The notes: a model not told the origin generated them from the letters alone. 64,000 nt of DNA from Candidatus Ozemobacteraceae bacterium (GCA_965140445.1 OZ223236.1:3138498-3202497), one strand, 5' to 3'; positions 19,727 to 29,560 are shown, counted from the stretch's first letter. Numbers and translations: made by a program.

Positions 19727-20683
19727 ATGAAAAAAAATTTTAAATACCTTCGAGTTTCAGTTACCGATCGTTGCAACTTTCGCTGTATTTATTGCATGCC
19801 AGAACCTGGCGTTAAAAAGTGTTCTCATGATGAAATTCTTCGTTATGAAGAAATTTTGAGAATTACAGAGGCTACGTTGCAATGTGGTGTTGAGCAGGTA
19901 AGAATTACAGGTGGAGAGCCACTTGTCAGATCAGGGCTGTCGGATTTTGTGAAGCAGCTGGCAGCTTTTCCCGAGATAAAAGATATAGCTCTCACAACAA
20001 ACGGAGCACTGCTTCCTAAAATGGCTCAAGATCTAAAGAAATCTGGTTTGAGCAGAGTAAATATCAGCCTGGATTCACTGGACTCTGATTGTTTTTCAAA
20101 AATAACCCGCCTCGGGAACTTGTCTCAGGTGTTAGAAGGAATTGATGCGGCTTTAGAAGCAGGTTTGAAACCGGTAAAAATCAATGTTGTTTTGCTTCCG
20201 GGAATTAATGATCAGGAAATTAACAGTTTTGTGGAGTTTGCTGCAAAAAAAGATGTATGGGTGCGATTCATAGAAAAGATGCCATTTGAAGGTGGAGAAA
20301 ATTGCACTGGAGAAAAGGAAACATTTGTTTCGGAAAATGAGGTTCTTAATGAAATCTCAAAATTTTATGAACTGATTCCCTTGGATAAAAATACCCATGG
20401 TCCATCTAGTGAATTTAAAATTAAGAATGGTTTGGGGGGAATTGGTTTTATTAGTTCGCGGACCCACCCATTTTGTAGTGATTGTAGCCGCTTGCGATTA
20501 ACCGCAAATGGTTTTTTGTTGCCATGTTTAGATGCTGATTATGGAATCAAGGTAAAAGACATGCCAAAATCTGATATTATAGAAGTCATAAATAAACTAG
20601 CTGAGGAAAAGGGTGCCTGGAAAAAGTGTCAGGCCACATACCAGGAAACCTTTAACTCATCCCTTTCAAAAATCGGTGGTTAG
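19727..20683 (+). CDS. moaA: GTP 3',8-cyclase MoaA (radical SAM, molybdenum cofactor biosynthesis)
   Basis: LRVSVTDRCNFRCIYCMP radical-SAM CxxxCxxC motif. Second C-terminal cluster CSDCSRLRLTANGFLLPCL. Length 318 aa. Confidence 0.9.
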   Translation: MKKNFKYLRVSVTDRCNFRCIYCMPEPGVKKCSHDEILRYEEILRITEATLQCGVEQVRITGGEPLVRSGLSDFVKQLAAFPEIKDIALTTNGALLPKMAQDLKKSGLSRVNISLDSLDSDCFSKITRLGNLSQVLEGIDAALEAGLKPVKINVVLLPGINDQEINSFVEFAAKKDVWVRFIEKMPFEGGENCTGEKETFVSENEVLNEISKFYELIPLDKNTHGPSSEFKIKNGLGGIGFISSRTHPFCSDCSRLRLTANGFLLPCLDADYGIKVKDMPKSDIIEVINKLAEEKGAWKKCQATYQETFNSSLSKIGG

Positions 20684-20701
20684 ACAGTTTAAGGAGTTAA
20701 G

Positions 20702-21658
20702 ATGCCCAAAAAAATCCAATATAGTCTAGGAATTGATCTAGGCGGAACCAAAATAGCGGTAGGATTGTGCCAGAATGGCGAGATTATTAAGAAAACAATT
20801 TTTCCAACCAGACCTGCAGCAGGCTTTGATGGAGTTGTAAATGTCATCGTAGAAGCGGCTGAAAAAGTAATGGAAGGAATAGACAGGAAAAAAATCCTTG
20901 GAGCAGGAATAGGCTCTGCAGGGCAGATTGATGCAGAAACCGGTGATGTTATTTATTCACCAAATTTAAACTGGAAAAATGCCCCGTTAGGCAAAACAGT
21001 AGAAGAAAGATTGAAAATGCCCGTAAAGGTTTTAAATGACGTCAGGGCTGCTACGGTTGCAGAACAAAAATACGGAAATGGCAAAGGGCATAATAGTTTT
21101 GTAAATATTTTTGTGGGAACTGGGGTTGGCTCTGGGATGGTTATTAATGGCCAACTTGTAAATGGTTCAACAAATACTGCAGGAGAAATCGGACATATTT
21201 GCCTTGATTCTCATGGCCCAGAGTGCGGTTGTGGGAAAAAAGGTTGCCTGGAAGCCTATGCTTCAGGCACAGGAATGGAAAACTATGTTAAAGCTTCTTT
21301 GCTTAAAGGAATTCCGAGCCTGATTTCAGATTATGTTGAAGGCAATATTGATAATGTTACCGGACCAATAATTGGAAAGGCAGCCGAAAACGGCGATAGA
21401 CTTGCTCTTAAAGCAATTAAAAGAGTAGGCAAATATCTCGGAATTACAATTGCTAACCTTCATACAATGATTAACCCGGATGTAATTTTACTTGGCGGTG
21501 GAATGATGGCATTAAAACCATTTTTCGCAGAAGAGTTGGCTGCTACAGTTAATGAATTAATCCTGCCAGTAGCTGGTTCGGGCGAAAGAGTTTTGTATCA
21601 GGAAGCAAAATTTGAAAATGATGCAGTATTGTTAGGAGGAGCGGCTATTTTTGCATGA
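20702..21658 (+). CDS. ROK-family glucokinase
   Basis: LGIDLGGTKIAVGL ATP-binding motif. ROK zinc motif GHICLDSHGPECGCGKKGCLEAYASG. Confidence 0.85.
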   Translation: MPKKIQYSLGIDLGGTKIAVGLCQNGEIIKKTIFPTRPAAGFDGVVNVIVEAAEKVMEGIDRKKILGAGIGSAGQIDAETGDVIYSPNLNWKNAPLGKTVEERLKMPVKVLNDVRAATVAEQKYGNGKGHNSFVNIFVGTGVGSGMVINGQLVNGSTNTAGEIGHICLDSHGPECGCGKKGCLEAYASGTGMENYVKASLLKGIPSLISDYVEGNIDNVTGPIIGKAAENGDRLALKAIKRVGKYLGITIANLHTMINPDVILLGGGMMALKPFFAEELAATVNELILPVAGSGERVLYQEAKFENDAVLLGGAAIFA

Positions 21659-22584
21659 GAAGTCCCCTTTATCCGATAAAATTGAAATTTGAGGAAGCTA
21701 GAAAACTCAAATGGGCTGAAAAGCCTGAAAATAAAGATTTTTTTAATCACCTTAAAAATTCAGCATTAGAGTTTCCAAGTCTTATTTTTGGTTCGTCTGC
21801 AGATAAAGACTGTATTGATGTTTCAATAATTATTGCGGATGAACTGCTAAGCATTGGTTTAAATGTTTTTTTATGCCCTGATCCAGTTCCTATAGTGTCC
21901 TTAGCCCAATCCATTGGCGTTCGGAATATGCCTTTGGGGCTGTATCTGAGAAAGTCGGATGACGACCTTTTCGAGTTGATTTCAGTTACAAATCATGGTG
22001 GCCCCCTGGATATAAAAGATGTAAAGGCGGAAATGCCGAAGCTTGTAGATAGAACCGGGGTTATTGGACACACAGAAGTTAATCCGATCTATGTCAAAAG
22101 CTTAAAAGAACTGGCAGACCCTTTCATAGGTAAGGGGAGGGGATTTTCCGCATTAGAAAGTCCCTTTAAAAAACTGAACCTGGAACTAAAAAAAATACTT
22201 GAACTGGAAAACCTATTCGAAATTGATCCCGAAGGCCCAAAAGTTGTTATTTCAGAAGATGGGCAAAAAATCAAAGTTGTTAAAACAGATGGTAGCGAAG
22301 TATCCCCGGAAGAAATTACCTATCAAATTGCTAACTATCTCCACCGTGAAAGAATGGCAAGCGGGACTATAGTTGGCCCAACAGGAAAGGTTAAAGGAAT
22401 TCCAGAAGGAATCGGTGAAATTCTTGAAATAGAAGGAAGCTGTTTTGATATGAACTATCATGCTGGGTTTGCTGATCTTCTTATTGGATGGTGGGAAGAC
22501 GGCACAATTGCCCATCAAGGAAGCGGATGTTTCGGAGATGCCTATCTAAGTGCAATTTACCTTCTTGAAGCCTGGCGCAGTTAG
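21655..22584 (+). CDS. phosphohexomutase (PGM/PMM)-like protein with degenerate active-site loop, hypothetical
   Basis: The domain-I-like segment ...IADELLSIGLNVFLCPDPVPIVSLAQSIGVRNMPLGLYLRKSDDDLFELISVTNHGGP parallels PGM ...GIMITASHNP, but with NHGG in place of SHNP. The start overlaps the glk stop (ATGA). Confidence 0.4.
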   Translation: MRSPLYPIKLKFEEARKLKWAEKPENKDFFNHLKNSALEFPSLIFGSSADKDCIDVSIIIADELLSIGLNVFLCPDPVPIVSLAQSIGVRNMPLGLYLRKSDDDLFELISVTNHGGPLDIKDVKAEMPKLVDRTGVIGHTEVNPIYVKSLKELADPFIGKGRGFSALESPFKKLNLELKKILELENLFEIDPEGPKVVISEDGQKIKVVKTDGSEVSPEEITYQIANYLHRERMASGTIVGPTGKVKGIPEGIGEILEIEGSCFDMNYHAGFADLLIGWWEDGTIAHQGSGCFGDAYLSAIYLLEAWRS

Positions 22585-22704
22585 TAATTTAAATAGAACA
22601 GGCCAATTCGTTGAATCTTGCCATTTTGAAGTTGCTAATTTGTCAATTTATGGACAAATTGTTTGGTGAAAAGGGCTCTTAGTAGGGCACAAAAGACAAC
22701 AAAA

Positions 22705-22735
22705 TAAAAAAGCCCACCGAAGTGGGCTTTTGGAC
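22705..22735. terminator. bidirectional terminator hairpin
   Basis: aaaaaa-agcccac-cgaa-gtgggct-tttgg lies between convergent genes. Confidence 0.55.
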
Positions 22736-22744
22736 AAATGACTT

Positions 22745-23254
22745 TTATTTTTTCAGAGCAAAGAATTCTGATTGGGCGGCGCGGTATTCTTTCAGCACTG
22801 TATTAAGTTCCGAGCCCTGTACATTCTTTTGCATGGCTTCTGTGTAAGCTTTATAAGCTTTTTTATATCGTGCTTCAGCTTCAGCTAAGGTTACTTCGGG
22901 AGCTGCCCGTGAAGGTTCTATATTTGAAACCTCTTTGGTCTGTTGCACAAAATGCACTGATGGTTTGTTTAAAGCTGCCCGGAAGGTGTCTTCTGGATGC
23001 ACTCCACCAAACATTCCGATACCTGCTGCCATTACTATTCCCACTGCTGGACCGACAATTATTCCGGCAACTCCAAGGGTAGCTAAGCCGACAGCCGCAC
23101 CCACTGCTGCGGCACCCCACACGAGCCACTTTGACGGTTTCCTGGGGCCATCCTGCTCAGCAAAACTACTGGCCGGAAATACACATCCGCCCACTAAGAT
23201 CGTTATGATCAAAAAGCAAGAAAGTAAGTCGCGAAACAAAATGCCTTGTCGCAT
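22745..23254 (-). CDS. glycine-zipper (2TM) lipoprotein, hypothetical
   Basis: Lipobox-like ILVGGC. The GAAAVGAAVGLATLGVAGIIVGPAVGIVMAAGIGMFGG glycine-zipper explains the local GC-rich island. Confidence 0.5.
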   Translation of the reverse strand: MRQGILFRDLLSCFLIITILVGGCVFPASSFAEQDGPRKPSKWLVWGAAAVGAAVGLATLGVAGIIVGPAVGIVMAAGIGMFGGVHPEDTFRAALNKPSVHFVQQTKEVSNIEPSRAAPEVTLAEAEARYKKAYKAYTEAMQKNVQGSELNTVLKEYRAAQSEFFALKK

Positions 23255-23407
23255 AGATTACTCCTAATTTTCTTTTCATTATAAAAATTTTTGATTAGAC
23301 CCGCAAGGGCATAGTAATTTCCCAAAAAAATTTAACCCAATAAGATTAAAACAAAAAAAAACTCTCTCAAATACCTTTACAGATAATGAAAGAGTTTTTT
23401 TGTTTTT

Positions 23408-24739
23408 TTACTGAATTGCTTTTTCGAAAAGGCAAACTACTTCAACATGATGAGTTCTTGGATATAAATCCAACCCGGCAACCTGAGTAAGCTTGTAACC
23501 AGAGCCAACAATTTTTCTACTATCTTTTGCCATTGAATCAAGGTCACAAAAAACGTAAACTATTTTGCCGGGCATGAGTTTTTTTACAACCCTCTCTATG
23601 CTTGGAACGCCAGTTCTGGGAGGGTCTATCAGCAACACGTCCGGTTCTGGTTCATAGCGCAATAGAGCTTTTATTGCATCATCCTGAATAAACTCTATTC
23701 TACTGGCAAATCTGGTGTTGCTTATATTTTTCATGGCTGTTCTGACCGCGCCAGGGTGTGATTCAACGGCTTGAACCATAGCACCATGAGAAGCTAAAGG
23801 TATTGTGAAGTTGCCGGCTCCTGCAAAGCCTTCCACAATCCTTGGAGTTGTTTTATTAACTTTGCAAAAATCAAGAACTGTTCTAATCAGATTTTCATTT
23901 TGGAAAATATTACCTTGAACAAAGAAGGAAGGTTCTGCCTGATATGGGCCCTCTTCGTCTCCTGTGGCAATTAATCCAGTCACAGAAACAGAGCCCATAA
24001 CTTCTTTCATTTTTCCAGTGCTGTCTGCTATGGAAAGCCCTTTTAAATTGGCCGTTCTCATTACTTTTTCCAGATCAACACGAAACTGTCTGAAAGGTTT
24101 CCCCTTCATCATGGTTACGTGACCAGTAACTCTGTCTGATCGATCTGAAGATGAGGCCATTAGCTGAAGGCTGTCGATGCAAATTGGTATTTGGTCCAGA
24201 ATTTTTCTTGCAGCTACAAGTCTTTTGTTTAAAGGCTTGGTAATCAACGCACAAGAGGTAACCGGTACAATCCCACCAGAAAGGCTGTCACTAAAGGCTT
24301 CTGAGCCTAAGAAACCGGATTGACGATCTTTATAATTTCGACTCTGGTGCAGTCTTAAGCGTGGGAGATATCTTATAATCTCTCTTGAAGGATGAAAAGG
24401 TTTTACAAAAGCCTTTTTTCCATCTGGAATTCTGTCAAGACAACGATTTATCATCGCCTGCTTTTCTTTTCTTCTTGCCTTTTCACTTAATTCCAAAAGA
24501 TCGCATCCACCACATGGCCCATGAAAAAAGCAATCGGGTTTAACCCGGTCTGGTGATGGATCAATCAATTCACCAGCTTTTGCTCGGCCTTCTTCATTCA
24601 CGAAGAATTCTATTTTATCTCCCGGAAGAAATCCAGGAAAAACATAGTGATTCCCGTTGTGGGTAAGAAAAGCCTGCCCCTTAGGGGTCAGGCCTTCAAT
24701 ATGTTGAATGAATCTTTCTTCTTTTGCTGATTTGGTCAC
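23408..24739 (-). CDS. rlmD: 23S rRNA (uracil-C5)-methyltransferase, RlmD/RumA family
   Basis: TRAM-like N-terminus with Cys cluster (CFFHGPCGGCDLLEL). SAM-MTase motifs GFAGAGNFTIPLA and LLIDPPRTG. C-terminal catalytic Cys region VYVFCDLDS. ATGA overlap with pfk. Confidence 0.8.
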   Translation of the reverse strand: MTKSAKEERFIQHIEGLTPKGQAFLTHNGNHYVFPGFLPGDKIEFFVNEEGRAKAGELIDPSPDRVKPDCFFHGPCGGCDLLELSEKARRKEKQAMINRCLDRIPDGKKAFVKPFHPSREIIRYLPRLRLHQSRNYKDRQSGFLGSEAFSDSLSGGIVPVTSCALITKPLNKRLVAARKILDQIPICIDSLQLMASSSDRSDRVTGHVTMMKGKPFRQFRVDLEKVMRTANLKGLSIADSTGKMKEVMGSVSVTGLIATGDEEGPYQAEPSFFVQGNIFQNENLIRTVLDFCKVNKTTPRIVEGFAGAGNFTIPLASHGAMVQAVESHPGAVRTAMKNISNTRFASRIEFIQDDAIKALLRYEPEPDVLLIDPPRTGVPSIERVVKKLMPGKIVYVFCDLDSMAKDSRKIVGSGYKLTQVAGLDLYPRTHHVEVVCLFEKAIQ

Positions 24740-25947
24740 TTTTTTTCAACCTTAGGGCACTGTAGTCTTTCATATTCTGGAAGATTGCTTCCAAGAAGTG
24801 GTCTGGCATAATGACTAAATGCTCTTGTTACGCCGTTTCCATCAGCATTGATGAAATCATCTGGCATATGCTTTGTTTCGCGAGCAACAGATTCAAGAGG
24901 AGTCAGGAAATATTCAACAGAGTAGTCACCTGTTCTTCTAATGGCAACAGAGCCGTCAACATTGTTCCATATAGCAAACTGTGCTGCTTTTTCTCCAACT
25001 TCTCTGGCTTCTTGTTGATCGATATCTGAAACTACGCCAAGAAAGCTTCTTTGAAGGTATCCAAAGGTGTCGGATCTGACACGTTTAATTTTAAGATTAT
25101 CTTTGATTGTTTGACCAAGAAGATCTCCAAGCGCACCTGTTCCGGAAAGTTGAACATTTCCGTGGGCATCTCTTTCCATATCTCCGGTCAATTGGGTAAT
25201 AATTGGTTGTCCGTCTGCACCCACAATGCCTTCAGAAACGGCGATAACACATCTACCATGTTTTGAATACATTTTATCAACATCTGATAGGAACTTTTCC
25301 TTGTCGAAGGTTCTTTCTGGCATGTAAATAAGGTGTGGGCCGTCATCTTCATATTTTTTTGCAAAAGTTGAAGCGGCAGTTAAAAAGCCGGCATGTCTTC
25401 CCATTACGATTCCTATGTAAACACCAGGAATTGCACGGTTATCAAGATTCACTCCTGCGAATGCAGAGGCAACAAATTTTGCTGCTGAACCATATCCAGG
25501 ACAATGGTCAGTTACTCTAAGATCATTATCAATTGTTTTTGGAATATGTATACATCTTAGTTCATAACCAGCATCGCGAGCATTATCATTTACAATTCTA
25601 ACAGCATCCGCTGAATCGTTTCCGCCATTGTAGAAGAAATAGCGAACATTATGTTTCATGCAGACTTTAAAGATTTTGCTGCAATATTCAGCATCTGGTT
25701 TATCTCTGGTAGAAAGAAGTGCCGAACTTGGGGTACTGGCAACTCTTTCAAGATTATGTGTAGTAGCCTGAGTGAGGTCGATGAAGTCTTCTTCAATAAT
25801 TCCTCTAACACCGTGCAAAGCGCCGTAAACGCGGTTAACTTCAGGAAATTTCCTTGATTCTAAAACTGCTCCAACCAGACTTTGGTTGATAACTGCAGTT
25901 GGACCGCCACCTTGCGCTATTAGAACATTCCCATCAAGCTTTGTCAT
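24736..25947 (-). CDS. pfk: 6-phosphofructokinase family protein (long ~400-aa type, possibly PPi-dependent)
   Basis: GGGPTAVINQS, NGGNDSADAV, IPKTIDNDL and MGRHAGFL are PFK-family motifs. Phosphoryl donor cannot be decided from sequence alone. Confidence 0.75.
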   Translation of the reverse strand: MTKLDGNVLIAQGGGPTAVINQSLVGAVLESRKFPEVNRVYGALHGVRGIIEEDFIDLTQATTHNLERVASTPSSALLSTRDKPDAEYCSKIFKVCMKHNVRYFFYNGGNDSADAVRIVNDNARDAGYELRCIHIPKTIDNDLRVTDHCPGYGSAAKFVASAFAGVNLDNRAIPGVYIGIVMGRHAGFLTAASTFAKKYEDDGPHLIYMPERTFDKEKFLSDVDKMYSKHGRCVIAVSEGIVGADGQPIITQLTGDMERDAHGNVQLSGTGALGDLLGQTIKDNLKIKRVRSDTFGYLQRSFLGVVSDIDQQEAREVGEKAAQFAIWNNVDGSVAIRRTGDYSVEYFLTPLESVARETKHMPDDFINADGNGVTRAFSHYARPLLGSNLPEYERLQCPKVEKK

Positions 25948-26081
25948 GTAGTAAAGTCTCCTCTTGGTAGGTTAAATATTAACCCCGCTATTATGCCTTT
26001 TAAGCGATTTCTGGTCAAGTATAAACTTTAAATTTCGAATGCCATTGACAAACCTTTGGTTGAGCCATAAAATGCCCTGAC

Positions 26082-28700
26082 ATGGCAAAAACAAGAAAAA
26101 AAAGTACCGGATTATGCACCGTAATTCCGATGTTAGATGAAGATTGCGCACACCTTTCAAATGAAATTGAAATTGCTGGCGGTGCTGAAGTTCTCTCTGC
26201 GGTAAGCATTACAGAGCAAGGCGTTTGGCTTGATTTACGAATCCTGGCAAGGGGCACCGAAGATTCGGCTCCTGCAATTATTCGCGGACTAAGACCGGGC
26301 GATGTTTTACTTCATAATCATCCATCCGGAATTTTAAAACCCTCTGATGCTGATATGGCAGTTGCTTCACTCTGCGGTAAATCAGGAATTGGATTTGCCA
26401 TACACAATAATAGTTGTGATCAATTTTATGTTGTAGTTGAGCCACACTTTGAAAAAGCAGCAGAGCCCCTGGATTCTGAAGAGCTTATTGGCTATATAGA
26501 TAAATCAGGCCCGCTGGTAAGATTGATAAACAACTTTGAAGAGCGACCAGGGCAAAAACGCTTAATGAAAGAGGTTATCAATGCTTTAAATGACCCTTGC
26601 CACGCAATTTTAGAAGGTGAAACCGGCATCGGGAAAAGTATGGCGTATCTCATACCTTCAGTATTTTATGCCAAAAAGAATAAATGCAGGGTTGCGGTAT
26701 CCACAAATACTATTAACCTCCAGCATCAATTATTTAACAAAGATCTCCCACTTTTAAAAGAGATTTTGCCGTTCGATTTTAAGTTTTGCCTTATAAAGGG
26801 ACGCAGAAACTACATTTGTTTAAGAAAAATGTGGGAAGCAAGTGCTTCAAATGACGGCGACCTTTTGTTGGAGCTTGAAGAATTAGAGCAGTTTCAAAGA
26901 CTGGAATCATGGATTCAGAATACCTACGACGGCTCTCTAACTGATCTAAACTGGGTTCCTAGAGATTCTTTATGGGAAAAGGTTTGCTGTGATAAGGACA
27001 GTTGCCTCGGTGTAAACTGTCAGGAATATAAAGACTGTTTCTTTTATATGGCGCGTAGAAGAGCAGCGGAAGCAGATATTCTGGTAGTTAATCATTCCCT
27101 TCTTTTTTCAGATTTGGCTTTACGCGCTGTTACTTCCGAATATTCTCAAACAGCTGTTATCCCTGCATATAAAGCCGTTGTATTAGATGAAGCTCACAAC
27201 CTGGAAGAGATTGCAACCAGACATTTTGGCTATAGAAGCACCTCAATGGGCTTCCAAAGGCTGCTGGGAAAAATTTATCAAAAAAGAGGACGTAGGGAAC
27301 GGGGCACTCTTTATAACCTTCGAACCACCTTATCATTGGGGAAGGGCGACTTTTCAGATAATGAAAGGGCGGAACTTCTTGATAGTATCTCCAATGAAAT
27401 AATTCCAATTAGGCTTGAGGTTGCTGATCTGGGCCGAAATCTTTTTGAGGGAATTGCCGAGTTTTCAGTAAATGTTGATAAGGCCGCTCTAGGTGAACAC
27501 CGGCTTAGAATAAGAGAAGCGCAAGAGTCACGTTCTGAATTTGCCACACTTGGTCACTGGGCGGAACAACTTAAATCGGAATGCCAGTCCCTTACAAAAA
27601 AAATGAAAAGGTTGGCAACAATATTAAACCAAAACCTGGCTGGTGATGATGATCGTGAAAGCTTTGAGTTGTCATTGGTTGAATTGAATTCTTTTGCAGA
27701 AAGAATTGAGGAAATGGGGCATGGCCTGACTTTAATGTTTGACCTTGAAGCAGATAACCGCGAGCTATTCGTTCATTTCTTTTCAGTTGCTGTAAGGCGT
27801 TCAGCAGTTTATCCATCTTTTCATTCTTTGCCCATAGTGGTTTCCAGACCTATGGTGGAAAACCTTTTTAAAAAATTTGGTTCTGTGATTTTGGTGTCTG
27901 GAACTCTTACTACGAGAAGAAATTTTAACTTTATTAAAAACAGACTTGGCCTGGATTCTCCTGATATCTTGCCTGAGCCAATTACAGGTCGTTATCCGTC
28001 ACCCTTTGAATATAAAAATCAAGCGCGATTGTTTATTCCAACAGATTTCCCTGAACCAACTGATAGTAGATACATAGAGCATGTAACCCAACCGTTAATG
28101 GATATTGTCCGCACCTCTAAGGGAGGGACTCTGGTTCTTTGCACCTCTTATTCTCATTTAAATCAGCTTTACAATGGGGTTTCACATTTGATGGCCGCCG
28201 AAGGACTGGAATGCTATAAACAAGGAGAAATGGAGCGGCATTACCTGCTTGAGCTTTTTAAAGAGGATGGAAATGCTGTACTGTTTGCAACTGATAGCTT
28301 TTGGGAAGGGGTAGACATACCTGGTAATTCCCTTCGAAATCTGGTAATTACTCGTTTGCCTTTTGCCATTCCTGATGATCCTGTTTTAGAAGCACGGCAG
28401 GAAAAAATAAAGGAAAAAGGTGGAAATCCTTTTCGGGATTATCAACTGCCTATGGCTGCTATTAAACTAAAGCAAGGTTTTGGAAGATTAATAAGGAACC
28501 AAAGTGACCGCGGAACAGTTTGGATTTTAGATAGGCGTATTGTTACCAAAAGTTATGGCTCATTTTTTATTGAATCATTGCCCGATGTCCCAGTTTTAAG
28601 AGGAAAATTCAGAGTTCTTGTTAAGCAATCGCAAATGTTTTTTGATAATTTTTACAGGCCTGAAGAAATTGGTATTGTTCAAGATTTTTTAAATGTTTAA
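26082..28700 (+). CDS. DinG/XPD-family Fe-S ATP-dependent DNA helicase with N-terminal RadC-like JAB/MPN (JAMM) domain
   Basis: Residues ~20-130 give VLLHNHPSGILKPSDADMAVASL, i.e. JAMM HxHx7Sx2D as in RadC. Helicase motifs follow: ERPGQ, EGETGIGKSMAYLIP (Walker A), VVLDEAHNLEE (DEAH). A four-Cys Fe-S insert reads CLRK...VCCDKDSCLGVNCQEYKDC. The C-terminal helicase domain carries the QGFGRLIR arginine finger. Confidence 0.8.
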   Translation: MAKTRKKSTGLCTVIPMLDEDCAHLSNEIEIAGGAEVLSAVSITEQGVWLDLRILARGTEDSAPAIIRGLRPGDVLLHNHPSGILKPSDADMAVASLCGKSGIGFAIHNNSCDQFYVVVEPHFEKAAEPLDSEELIGYIDKSGPLVRLINNFEERPGQKRLMKEVINALNDPCHAILEGETGIGKSMAYLIPSVFYAKKNKCRVAVSTNTINLQHQLFNKDLPLLKEILPFDFKFCLIKGRRNYICLRKMWEASASNDGDLLLELEELEQFQRLESWIQNTYDGSLTDLNWVPRDSLWEKVCCDKDSCLGVNCQEYKDCFFYMARRRAAEADILVVNHSLLFSDLALRAVTSEYSQTAVIPAYKAVVLDEAHNLEEIATRHFGYRSTSMGFQRLLGKIYQKRGRRERGTLYNLRTTLSLGKGDFSDNERAELLDSISNEIIPIRLEVADLGRNLFEGIAEFSVNVDKAALGEHRLRIREAQESRSEFATLGHWAEQLKSECQSLTKKMKRLATILNQNLAGDDDRESFELSLVELNSFAERIEEMGHGLTLMFDLEADNRELFVHFFSVAVRRSAVYPSFHSLPIVVSRPMVENLFKKFGSVILVSGTLTTRRNFNFIKNRLGLDSPDILPEPITGRYPSPFEYKNQARLFIPTDFPEPTDSRYIEHVTQPLMDIVRTSKGGTLVLCTSYSHLNQLYNGVSHLMAAEGLECYKQGEMERHYLLELFKEDGNAVLFATDSFWEGVDIPGNSLRNLVITRLPFAIPDDPVLEARQEKIKEKGGNPFRDYQLPMAAIKLKQGFGRLIRNQSDRGTVWILDRRIVTKSYGSFFIESLPDVPVLRGKFRVLVKQSQMFFDNFYRPEEIGIVQDFLNV

Positions 28701-28741
28701 ACTTCAAAAGAAATATGCAAAAATAAAATAGTACTTATATT

Positions 28742-29014
28742 TTGGAGGAAAAAATGGAAAGAACAATTTTAACCATTCTTGTCGGGGATCGAAAAGAAAC
28801 AGCTACAAATGTTCAAAAGATTTTAACAGCCTGGGGATGCTTGATTAAAACTCGTTTAGGCTTACATGATGGAACTTTGGATAATTGTGCTAACTCAGGC
28901 TTAATTATTCTTGAATTAGTTGGCGATGATGAAAAGAAAAACGAATTAGCCAGGAAAGTTTCAGTATTGCCAGGAGTATCATCAAAACTGATTAATTTAA
29001 AAATTGAAGACTAA
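28742..29014 (+). CDS. small ACT/RHH-like protein resembling the TM1266 family (putative regulator), hypothetical
   Basis: The pattern RTILTILVGDRKETATNVQKILTAWGCLIKTRLGL...GLIILELVGDDE...LPGVSSKLINL resembles ~85-aa TM1266-like proteins. Assignment made from memory of that family. Confidence 0.35.
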   Translation: MEEKMERTILTILVGDRKETATNVQKILTAWGCLIKTRLGLHDGTLDNCANSGLIILELVGDDEKKNELARKVSVLPGVSSKLINLKIED

Positions 29015-29039
29015 GTTCAACGAAATATTAATATAGAAA

Positions 29040-29079
29040 AGAATCTCTCCCAAAATAAATTTTGAGAGAGATTCTTTTA
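29040..29079 (+). terminator. putative rho-independent terminator
   Basis: agaatctctc...(16-nt loop)...gagagattct followed by TTTT. Confidence 0.45.
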
Positions 29080-29173
29080 CTAAGAACGAGTTTATAGATA
29101 AACTTTTTAATTGGAAAGAAAGCCCCCTTATTAAGCTTAAAAAAGGGGGTAATGAGAAAAAAGGTAGAGAAAA

Positions 29174-29560
29174 ATGCGATTTATCAGATTAATAATTCCT
29201 ATCGTTGCCCTGATAATTTTTGGAATCTCAACTTTAAAAACAAGATATCAGGAAAACAATGTTCTAAAAGAGGTTCTTTCTGGCAAAGTTGCCGCTAAAT
29301 ACCAGAAATCTTTATTTGTGGGAAGTTGGCATTCGGATCAAGCCGGAGAAATCATAGAAATTAAGAATGATGGGACCTGGAAACTCGGTAATATAACAGG
29401 AAAATGGGTTATTTACGGAGCAGATTTTGTCTGGATCTATAATGATAGTTCTAACAATATGACCGGAAAATTAGATAAGAATCCAATTCTCTCAGTTGGA
29501 GATAAACAATTTGTTTTAAAGGAATTGGATGGTTCAAAGACAACTTTTTTTAAGAAGTAG
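29174..29560 (+). CDS. membrane-anchored/secreted hypothetical protein
   Basis: N-terminal hydrophobic helix, beta-rich remainder. Confidence 0.45.
   Translation: MRFIRLIIPIVALIIFGISTLKTRYQENNVLKEVLSGKVAAKYQKSLFVGSWHSDQAGEIIEIKNDGTWKLGNITGKWVIYGADFVWIYNDSSNNMTGKLDKNPILSVGDKQFVLKELDGSKTTFFKK

Noticed and set aside
22089-22518. Minus-strand 61-aa and 88-aa ORFs inside the PGM-like gene
   Set aside because: Antisense to a longer, RBS-supported, translationally coupled plus-strand ORF.
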